From Scenedesmus sp. PABB004 (Eukaryota), in the NCBI GenBank assembly GCA_014905635.1, contig JABVCE010000021.1, positions 62,001 through 126,000 of the forward strand: a stretch of 64,000 nt of DNA, in the 5' to 3' direction. Under the pieces are notes generated by a model. The model was not told the origin of the DNA, did not search any database, and saw only the letters and a list, made by a program, of their open reading frames with translations. This document shows positions 38,397 through 49,431 of the stretch, in pieces. Made by a program: the position numbers and the translations under genes. Position 1 is the first letter of the stretch. Each line of letters starts with the position of its first letter.

Positions 38397-40137
38397 ATGG
38401 CGCTGGCGATGCACGCGCGCGGCGTCGGCCCCGCCGCCGGCGCGCGCCGCTCGACCGCTCGCCCCGGGGTGAGCCGCGCGCCCGCCTGCGCGCCGCGTCG
38501 GCACGGGGCCGGGCTGGGGGACCGACGTGGCGCGCGTCCCGCGTGCATGCACGCGCCCTCGCGCCGCGCAGCTGCCCGCACGCTCATCGCTGCCCCGCCG
38601 CCGCGCCGCCCGCCCGCAGGCCAGCTCGGCCTTCCACGGCAAGCCCCTGACCCACGTCGCGCCGGCACCGGCGCCGCGCCGCGCCGCCGCACCGGCCCGC
38701 GCGGCGCCGCCGCGCGCGGCGCGCCGCCCCGCGGTCGTGGAGGCCAACCTGTTCAGCCGCCTCGTGCGCATCGTCAAGGCCTACGTCAGCAACTTCACCG
38801 CGCAGTTCGAGGACCCCGAGCTGCTGGTGCGCGGCGCGCGCGCCGCGGCCGGCGCTCGGCGCGCCGCGCGCGTGCCGCGCGCCCGCCCGCCCGCTGACTT
38901 GCCACCCTCTGACTTGCCGCCCGCCGCCCGCTGCCCCGCACGCCCGCCCGCCGTCACAGCTGGACCGCGTGACTGACGAGATGAATGAGGACCTCATCCG
39001 CATGCGCCAGGCCACCGCCAAGGCGCGCCCGCCGCCGCGCCCGCCCCCGCCCCCGCGCCCCGCGCTGCGCCCGCGAGCCGCCGCGGCCGCCGCGAGGGCC
39101 CGCCCCTGCGCGCGCGCCGCCGCCGCGCGCTCACGCCCCGGCCGCCCCCGCCGCGCCCGCCGCGCGCGTGCGCAGGTGATGGCGTCCGAGAGGCAGATGG
39201 CCGCGAAGCACGCCGCGGCGCAGGGCACCGCGGACGAGTGGCTGCGCCGCGCGGAGCTCGCCGTGTCCAAGGGCAAGGACGAGCTCGCGCGCGAGGCGCT
39301 GCTGCGCCGCAAGACCCACGACGCCGCGGCGGGCAGCCTCAAGACGCAGCTCGACGCGCAGCGCAAGGCGCTCGAGACGCTGCAGGCGCGCCGCCGCCGC
39401 CTGCCGCTGCGCATGCATGCGCGCGCGCGCGCGCGCGCCGCCGCCGGCGCCGCCGGCGCCCCCGCCGCCGCCGCGCCGCCGCGCCGGCGCGCCCTGACAC
39501 TGCGGCCGCTGCACCCGCCGCCGCCGCGAACCCCAGGCCAACGTGCGCATGCTCGAGGGCCGCCTGGCCGAGGCGCGCAACAAGCGCGAGACGCTCAAGG
39601 CGCGCGCCGCGAGCGCCAAGAGCAGCAAGCAGGTCCAGGAGGTGCGTGCGCGGCGGCGGCGGCGCGCCCGCCCGCGCGCGCCCGCGTTTGCTCCGTGTGC
39701 CGCGTGCCGCCACCGCCCACGCTGCGCTCGCCGCGCTCGCCGCCCTCGCGCCGCCGCGCCGCGCCGCCGCGCCGCAGATGGTCGCGGGCCTGCGCCTGAA
39801 CAGCAGCACCGCGTGGGCGGCGTTTGACGTGATGGAGGAGAAGGTCATCGCGCTCGAGGCGGAGGCAGAGTCGGCCAGCCTGCTCGCGACGCCCGACGGC
39901 CTGGAGCGCCAGTTCGCGGCACTCGAGGGCGGCAGCGTGGAGGACGAGCTCGCCGCGCTCAAGCGCGGCGCGCTGGCGGCGCCGCGCGGCGCCGGCGCGG
40001 CGCCCGCCGCGGCGGCGGCGGCGCTCGGGCGGCCGGTGAGCGAGGTGCTGGTGCGCGAGCCGCGCCGCGCGCCCGCGCCGCTGTCGGGCGTTGACGCGGA
40101 GCTGGAGCAGCTGCGCAAGCGCGCGCGCGCGCAGTGA
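38397..40137 (+). CDS. VIPP: VIPP/PspA/IM30 family plastid protein
   Basis: EANLFSRLVRIVKAYV...EDPE-LL, RRAELAVSKGKDELAREAL, KRETLKARAASAK, AFDVMEEKV, ALEGGSVEDELAALK, plus C-terminal extra helix VDAELEQLRKRAR. Confidence 0.95.
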
Positions 40138-40386
40138 GCGCGGCGCGGCGCGCGGGGCGAGTGCGGGGCGACTGCGCGGGCGTCCGCGCACCGTGCAGCG
40201 GCGGCAGCGCCCTCTGCGTTGACGTTGCGTGCGTGCCGCGTGGGTGCCGTGTGAGCCATGCATGCGCGGAACGGAGGGGCGGGCGTGGTGCCACGCAGCG
40301 CTGGGCGACGAAGAACCAACGGCGGCGGCGCGGCTGCCGCTGCATCCTCATGCTGTCCGGCTGCCTAGTACGACAACATGGTGTGA

Positions 40387-41664
<1,278 letters not shown>

Positions 41665-41730
41665 TGAGGGGGTGGCGCCGGCGGCGCGCGCGTGCCGGGT
41701 GCTGGCGCGCGCGTCGACCGCTCGGTTGCG

Positions 41731-41735
41731 TTACA
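41731..41735 (-). promoter_or_regulatory. TGTAA chlorophyte polyadenylation signal for the LRR-RING gene
   Basis: TTACA on the + strand (TGTAA on -), 190 nt downstream of the stop at 41925, in otherwise AT-poor DNA. Confidence 0.55.
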
Positions 41736-41924
41736 GGGCCCCGCAGTTGCAATCCTGCCGCAAGCTCCCTCCCTCTGTCCGCGATCGTAGCGGGTGGGTG
41801 TTGGGTTTGAGCCGCCCGATGCAGCAGGCGAGTGCAGCGAGTCCAGCTCACGCCCCAGGCCTCCACGCGTCGGCCGTGCGCGGCGGGCGCGACAGGCGCT
41901 GCGCCGCCGCGCCGCCCGCGCCGC

Positions 41925-44348
41925 CTAGGCCGCATCCCCCGCGTCCCGGCCCGCCCAGGCGGCGTAGGTGAAGCCGCTGATCGGGGCGCGGCAGAAGGGG
42001 CACGCGGGGCAGCCGGCGCCGCCGGCGTCGGCGCCGCCCGCGTGCTGCGCGCGCGCGCCCGCGGCGCGCACGAGCTGCTTGTAGCAGTCGACGCAGAGCC
42101 GGTGGCTGCAGCTGCGGATGTGCAGCGCGTTGGGCGCGTCGAGGCAGACGCCGCACAGGTCGTCGCTGCCCGTCGACGACGCGCTGCTGCCGCCGCCGCT
42201 GCTGACGCCGGCGGCGCTGCCGCCGTCGCCGCGGGCGCTGCCGCTGCCGCTGCCGGCGCGGCGCACGGCGTCCTGTGGCGTGCGGCACCAGGTCGACGGC
42301 GCGCCGAGCTCCACGCGCAGGCCCGGCTGCAGCGCGGGCAGGCGCTGCAGCGAGAGCACGACGCCCCAGTCAAAGGGGAATCGGTTGTCCTCGAGCGACA
42401 GCCGCACCAGCGCCGGCGCGGCGCGTGCCGCGATCGCCGCCGCAAGCGCCGACGCGCCGGCGTCGCAGACGGTGTTGGCGCTCAGGTCCAGCACCTCCAG
42501 CCGGCACGCGCCCGGCGCGGCGCGGCGCGCGGGCGGGCAGGGCCCGGGCGCCGGCGCGGCGGCAACGCCCGCGGCGGCGGCGGCAGCGGCGGCGGCGGCG
42601 GCGGCGGCGGCGGCCGAGCCGCTGCTCGTGCTGCTCGCGCCGCTGCTGCTGCGCGGCTCGCGCCGCCGCGCGTCGCGCGCGCTCGCGGCGCTGCTGTCGC
42701 TCGTGCGCTCGGCGCTGGCGCGGTGCGGCCGCGCCGCACTGGCGCGCTGCCGCATGAGCGCCGCCGCGAGCGACGCCGCGCCGTCGTCCAGCACGCCCGC
42801 GCCGCGCAGGTGCAGCTTGCGCAGGCCGGCCGCGTCGGGCAGCGCCGCGGCGACCGCCTTGACGCCCTGCGTGCCCGGCGGCGGGCGCGGGGTGGGCGGC
42901 GCGGGGCTGCGCCCCTTCCCGCTGCACGCTGCTGCTGCTGCTGTCGCGCGCGCGCCCCCGCCCCCGCCCCCGCCCACAGCGCCGGCGCACCTTGTTGCCG
43001 AGGGGCAGCCCCCCAAGGTCCACCACCTCCAGGCCGTCGACCGCCCGCAGCGCCGCCGCTACGCTGTCGCAGGGGTCGCTCTGGCTCACCAGGACCAGCC
43101 GCGGGCAGCAGCAGCACCCCGCGCACTCGGCGTCGTCCGCGGCCGCGGCGTCGCCGGCGGCGGCCGCCGCCTCCACGCAGGCGAGGGCGACGCACTCTGC
43201 GTCGCTGCCGGCGGGCGAGGGCCCATTGGCGCGCTGCGAGGCCGCCGCCTCAAGGCGGCAGAGCGCGGCCGGCGCGTCCGCCGCGGCGCCGAGCGCTGCG
43301 AGGCCGCTGCTGCTGGCGCTGCTGCTGAGCGAGCCGCCGCTGCTGGCGCTGCGCTGCATGTCGCCCGGGCTGCTCGCGCCGCTGCTGCTGCCCGCGCCGC
43401 TGCTGCTGCCCGCGCCGTCGCCGCGCGCCGCGCCGGCCGCCGGCTTGGCGCGGCCCGGCCGCGCCTCGCCGCCGGCCGCGCCGCCGAGCAGCGTGAAGGC
43501 CGCGGCCTCGGCGCCGCCGGCGCAGCACCGGCGCGCACCGCCGCCGCCGCTGCAGGCGAAGCGCGGCAGCGCGGCCAGCCAGGCCTCGCCTAGCAACACC
43601 TCCTGGTCCTCGTGCACCACAAACGACACCGGCAGCTCCACCAGCTGCAGCACGCACGGCGCGCCGCCGGCGCCGCCCGGGGGCGCCGCGACGCGCAGCG
43701 TGAGCGGGCCCGCCCAGCCGCAGCGCGCGCGCAGCGCGCCCACCAGGGCCGCCAGGCCGGGGAGCCCGACCTCCTTGCGCTGCAGCACGAGCGTGCGCAG
43801 CGCGCCGCGGGCCCCGCAGCCGGGGCAGGGCGCGGCGCCGCCGCCGCCGCAGCCCGGCGGGCGCGGCGCGAGCGCGGCGGCGAGCGCCGCGCCGCCGTGC
43901 GGGCCGAGGCGGTTGTACGCGAGGTTGAGGTGCGCCAGGCTGCCGTTGGAGCGCAGCGCCGCCGCAAACGCGGCGCCGGCGGCCTTGCCGCCGCCGTTGC
44001 CGCTGTGCTGGAGGCTCGTGAGGGACGTGTTGGCGGCCAGCCCCGCCGCGACGGCCTGGCTGGTCGCCGCGGAACAGTGGCACTTGACCAGCGACAGGCT
44101 GGTCAGCGGGCAGCCGGGGCTGGCCAGCAGCGCGCGCAGCATCGCGCCGGCGCCGTCCGAGATCTCGCACCGGCTCAGGCTGAGCGCCGTGAGGCGCCGC
44201 GCGTGCAGCAGCGCCGGCGGCAGCCCCCGCGCGCCGACCGCGCACCAGCTGAGCCGCAGCGCGGCCAGCTCGGGCAGCTGCTCCAGCGCGCCCGCCAGCA
44301 GCACGCCCGTGTCGCTCGACGACGCGTGCTCCAGCTCCACCACGCGCA

Positions 44349-44419
<71 letters not shown>

Positions 44420-46501
44420 AGCGAGTCGTACGCCAGCGCTGCGAGGTGGCACATCTGCCCTGGCACCAGCCAGCCGCCGTCGGGGGGGAACAGGTAGCGC
44501 GGCACGAGCGGCAGCTTGCCGCCGGCGCCGTCGGGGCCGTCGGGCGCCCAGTAGAAGACGTTTGACAGGTGCAGCGCGCGCCCGCCGTCGCGCACCATGT
44601 GCGTCAGCGCCTCGGCCGCGACAAAGTCGGGCAGGCGCAGCCCGCCGCGCAGGCGCAGCACGAGGCCGAGCTGGCGCCCCGGGCCCACGCGCGCCGCGGC
44701 GCAGCCGAGCAGCAGCGCGAGCAGCACGACCGCAACGTCGGCGAGGCCGACCACGGCGCCCGCGACGAGCAGCGGCAGCGGCAGCGCGCCCGCGCCCGCG
44801 CACACGTCCGCCCAGCGCGGCGCCGGGACCTGCAGCGCGCCGGCGCCGGCGCCGGCGCCGGCGCCGGACGCGGCGCTCGCGCGCGCGCTGGGCGCGCCGC
44901 CGCGGTGCGCCGCGCGGCGCGGGCCGCCGCCGCCCGCGGCGCCGGGCGCGCCGCTGAACGCCACGCCCTCCGCGCCGCCGTCGCCCTCGAGCGCCGGCGG
45001 CATGACGAGCGTGAGCTGCACGCCGCCGCCCTCGCCCTCGCTCGCGATGAGCTGCACCGGCGGCGGCAGCGACGAGCGCCCGCCGCTGCGGCCGCTGCCG
45101 CTCGCGCCGGTCGCGTCGCTGGAGGCGGCCGCGGCGCCGCCGCCGCCGATCGCTGCGACCACCGCCGCGGCCGCCTCGCTGGTGCGGTTGAGCGCGGCCG
45201 CGAGGGCCTTGGTCAGCGCCTCGGGGCTCCAGATCAGCGGGCTGGCGCCCGCCGGCGCGGGGGCCGGCGCGGGGGCCGGGGCCGGGGCCGGGGCCGGGGC
45301 CGGGGCCGGCGCGGGGGCGGCCTCGACGGCCAGGCGCCGGTCGGCCGCCGCGCGCTGCGCCGACTGCAGCGCCCACTGCTGCCGCTGCGCGCGCGCCGGC
45401 TGCGGGCGCGGCGGCACCGGCTCCCAGTGCAGCAGCCGCCGCGCGCCCACCTTGCCGCCGGCCGGCGCCGGCTCGGCGGCCACCGCGACCGTGCCGTTGC
45501 CGCCGCTGCTGCTGCTGCTGCTGCTGCTGACGCTGAGGCCGGGGCCCACGTGCGCGAGCGCAGCGCCGCGCGGCCCCGCGACGCCTGCAGGCGCCGCCGC
45601 CCCGCCCAGCGCCGCCGCGAGCAGCAGGGTCGACACCACCGCCAGCGGGAGCGCCTGCAGCGCGGCCGCCACGACCGCACGCGCCTGCGAGGCGGCGCAG
45701 GGCGGCGCTCGCCGCCGCGCCGCACGCACCGCCGCCACGCGCGGCGCGCCGCGCCGCGCTGCCCCCGCCCCGCGTGTGCGCGCCGCCGCACCGGCTTGTA
45801 CGACTCCAAAAACACGAGGTCTTGACTGATGAACCGCCGGCGCAGGCGCGGCACGAGCGACACCGCGAGCGCGCAGTCGAGCAGCGGCACCGACAGCACC
45901 GCCGTCACCTGGCGGGGTGGTGCGGGGCGGCGGCACGGGCGCGGCGCGCGGCGGGGGGGGGGGGGGGGGGGCGTTGGGCGGCGCGGGGGCGCGCGGGCGC
46001 GCCGGCGGGCCGCGCGGCGGCGCGGCTCACCACGTAGCAGGCGGAGAGGTAAGCCGCGACGAGCGCGCCCACGAGCGTGAGCAGCGCGCCCGCGGCGCCG
46101 CTCAGCAGCGCGCGCAGCGGCGGCGACGCGACGCCGCCAAAGCCGAGCCCGCTGTCGCGCTGCAGCGCCGCGACGGAGAGGCAGTAGCGCAGCGCGACGA
46201 GCAGCCAGTGGTTGCGCGCGAGGATGAGGCCCCCGACCACGACCGGCACCGACACGAGGCAGCACAGCAGCACCACGCCCAGCGCGCCCAGCCCGGGCGT
46301 GCCCAGGCACAGCGCGCACAGCGCCGCGCACAGGCCGAGGCTGGCCAGGCTGGCGGCGAGCGCGAGCGCGGCGAGCGCGTCGTGCGCGCGCTGCCGCGCC
46401 GCGAGCGGCGGCCGCCGCTTGCCGCGGCGCAGCGGCCGCTCGGGCGCCGCCGGCGCCTGCGCCGCCGGCGCCGCCGACGCCGCGGCGAGCTGCAGGTCCA
46501 T
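41925..46501 (-). CDS. Membrane protein with RI-like leucine-rich repeats and C-terminal C3HC4 RING finger (putative E3 ligase)
   Basis: N-terminal hydrophobic helices; LRRs LAALRLSWCAVG, LTALSLSRCEIS, LAHLNLAYNRLG, LEVLDLSANTV; RING CGVCLD...CSHRLCVDC...CPFCR. Could be two adjacent genes. Confidence 0.75.
44351..44419. repeat. (GCC)n trinucleotide repeat encoding poly-Gly in the LRR-RING gene
   Basis: Uninterrupted ccgccgccg run. Confidence 0.9.
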
Positions 46502-47304
46502 GGCACGCCGCCTAGCACGCCGCCCGGGGCGCCCGGCGCGCGCCCATGCGGCCGGGCGCGGCAGCTGCGAGGCGCGTCGACGCGGCGCTGCCCGGCGCGG
46601 CCTGCGCGGCGGCGGCGCTCAGCGCGCGCGTGCGGCGCGGCCGCGCTGCGCCAACGGCCGGGCCGCGGCCGACGCGGCGCGCCAGGCAGCGGGCGCGGCG
46701 GGCGGGGGTGCTGCTGCCACGGCCTGCTGCCGCGCGCCCGAGGCGCCCGAGGCGCGCCCGCACGCGCGCGGCGGGCCTGATGCTTTAAGCACGCCCACCT
46801 GCAGCGGCGGCAGGGCCTGGGCTGGCGCTTTCTGGCAGCACCGGTGGTGGTGGGCGAGGGCGGGCGCGGGCGGTCGCCCGGCGCCTCCTCCCGGGCGATC
46901 AGTCGCGACCACCAGAGAGTCCAGCCGACACGGAGCGGGGCCGCTGGCGGCGGTCTGCCTCTGCCGCGCCAGGGCGTGGTGCAACCCTGCCTCGTCCCAA
47001 ACTCGGCGATTTTGGCCGAGTTTCACGTTCGCGAATCACGGCGCGCGCCGCCGTGTTTCCCTGAATCTCGGCAATCCCCGCCGCGTTTCGTGGCCTGCCG
47101 GCGCGCCTGCAGCGCCGGCCGCGGCCCCGAATCGGCGCCCCGCGCGACCCCCGCGCTGCACAGCGTCAGCGGCGGGCCCTCCCGACGCAAATCCCCGTGC
47201 GTGTGTCGGGGGGCGCGCGGGGCCCCGGGGGGCGCCCCGGCGCCGCGGGCGCGCGGCGCGCGTGCGCGGCGCTGCCACCGCCGCGCGCGCGCGCCGCCGC
47301 CGCC

Positions 47305-47549
47305 AACACCGACCATGGGCATCCTCTGATCGCCGGCCGCCTGAAACAGGCCACAGCGGCGCGAGGCATGACGGTTTGGGACCGGCCCGCAGGTCGGTGC
47401 CCCGCGAGGGGTCCGCCCCACCCGGAACGGGTGACAAGGCGAGAAACGCACGCGCACACGCCTGACCTAACCTGGCAACACAACACAACAGCAAGAGGCC
47501 TTTTAACGTCCTGCCCAGGACGGAGAGCGCAGCGCACCGCACACGCCGC
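47305..47549 (-). ncRNA. Candidate Fanzor omegaRNA scaffold / element right end
   Basis: Lies immediately 3' of the Fanzor CDS, is less GC-biased than its flanks, and holds several perfect stems: CACCGACC/GGTCGGTG (47307-47314 with 47392-47399), GCCTG-AAA-CAGGC, CCCC-GCGA-GGGG, CACCCG-GAA-CGGGTG. Confidence 0.5.
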
Positions 47550-49398
47550 TCACGCCGGGGGTCCACCGCGGCGGCGGCCGCCTGCCGGAACGCGCCGGCG
47601 AGGCGCGCGCCGCCCGCCGTGCCGCGGCCGCCGCGCAGCAACTCGTGCAGCGTGAGCGCGCAGATGTTGCGCGCCGCGTTGTCGTCGCGCGGCGCGACGA
47701 CCGTGCACCCGGGGCACTGCACCAGACCATAGATGCCCCGCAGCTTCTCCACGCGCGCCCCGCAAACAGAGCAGGTGATGCTGGTCCGGTGCTCGTCCAT
47801 GAGCACCGCGGCGACGCGCCGGCGCGCGTAGTACGTGCGCAGCAGCGCCAGCAGCGCCTGCCGCGGCGGCCCCGGCCCCGAGATGCAGCCCCCATGCCCA
47901 GGCTGGCGTCCCCGATGCCCAGCACCACCGCGGGCAGGTCGGCGGGCAGGCGCGCGTGCTGCCGGACGCGCCCGCGCACAAAGACCCGGCCGTATGCAGT
48001 CAACTGAATCGCCGCATGCAGCGCGCGCTGCTTCAGCCCGTGCTTCCGCAGCCGCCACGCACACTCTGCACGGCACGCAAGCAAGCTATATGCGAATGCA
48101 TTGTCCAACACATGATGCACCCGGCCGTTGCGCCACGCCCCGGCGGCGGCGACGCTCGTGCCCGAGTAGGCAGGGACGCGGTTCAGGCAGGCATGCACGC
48201 AGTCGCCGCCGCCGGGCGGGCGGCGTTCATACCGCCCCGGCCGCCCCGGCCGCCCCTGCTGCCACAGGCGGTGCCGCTCGATCCCGCGCGAGTCGCGGTG
48301 CGCGGCGGTCTTTATTCTAATGATGCGCTCCGCCTCGTAGCGGCGGCCGTGGTCGCCGCGGTGGCGCGGCGCGTTGGGGCAGCGCCGCTGCGCGATGCGG
48401 CGGTGCGCGACGCGCGTGCAGCCCGGGCCCTGCCGCCAAGTCGCGGCGCATATCATGCGCGCCCGGCCCGGGTCGATTCCGACTATGCGCACGCCCGCGT
48501 GCACGGCCGCGGCCGCGCCGTGCAGCGCGTGCCCCGGCGGCAGGCCATCCACGCCGCGCAGCTCGCACGGGTCGAGCGGCAGCGCGTCGAGCGCCGCCTC
48601 GTCGGCCACGCCGTGCGGCGCCAGCGCGTCGCAGAGCAGCCGCCGCGCTGCCGCCGCGCCCGCGCGGTGCTCTGCCGCGCGCTGCGCCGCCTTGGCGGCG
48701 CGCGACTGCTGGCCGCGGCGCGGGGCGGGGTCGGCGGCGCCCTCGACCCGCACGCGCACGTGCAGCGCCGCCAGATCAAACGTCACAGAGCCCGCGAAGC
48801 GCGTGTTGGCGTGCAGCACGCCGCGCGCGCGCCCGGGGTGCCGGCCAAAATCAAAATATGAGTCCCAGATGGGATCATAATCCCCATGGGGCGGCGGCGG
48901 CGCGGGCGGCGGGGCGCCTCCGCCCGGCGGGGCGGTGTTGGGCGGCGGCGGCTGGCCTGCCGGCTGGCCCCCGCGAGCGCCTTGGCCTGACGCGCGCGCA
49001 GCGCAGCATCCAGCGCCTGCATGCCCGAGGTGGACAGGTGCAGGTGCTGGGTGCCGTACTTGGGCACCGGCGCCAGCGTGAAGGCGCGCCGCTTGGGCAG
49101 CGCCACGCGCGCGGCGTGCCGCGAGCGCAGGGCGCGCAGCACCTTGCACGCGCCCGCGACCGCGATGAGCGCGTCGGGGTGCTGCCCCGCGCCGCCGGCG
49201 CGCTGCGGCGGCTGCGCGCCGCCGCTGCGGCCGCCGGGCGGCGCCGGCGCCGCCGGCGGCGGCCCCGCGCCGGCGGCGGTCGCCGCAGCCAGCACCGCCT
49301 CGAGCGTCGCGCACACCGCGCGGCGCCAGCCGGCCGGGACATCGCGACGCAGCGCCGCGACAGCCGCCGCCGCCTCCTCGAGCGTGCGCGGCGCGGGC

Positions 49399-49431
<33 letters not shown>

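Noticed and set aside
47320..47355. Hammerhead ribozyme (CTGAT...GAAAC) on the + strand
   Set aside because: The core reads CUGAUCG rather than CUGANGA and the required stems are not evident.
47036..47549. Fanzor C-terminal extension to 47036 as in ORF 47036-48076
   Set aside because: The extension is not protein-like and overlaps the hairpin cluster; one extra base in the run at 47557-47561 gives a stop at 47550, just after the expected end of the RuvC domain. Not fully excluded.
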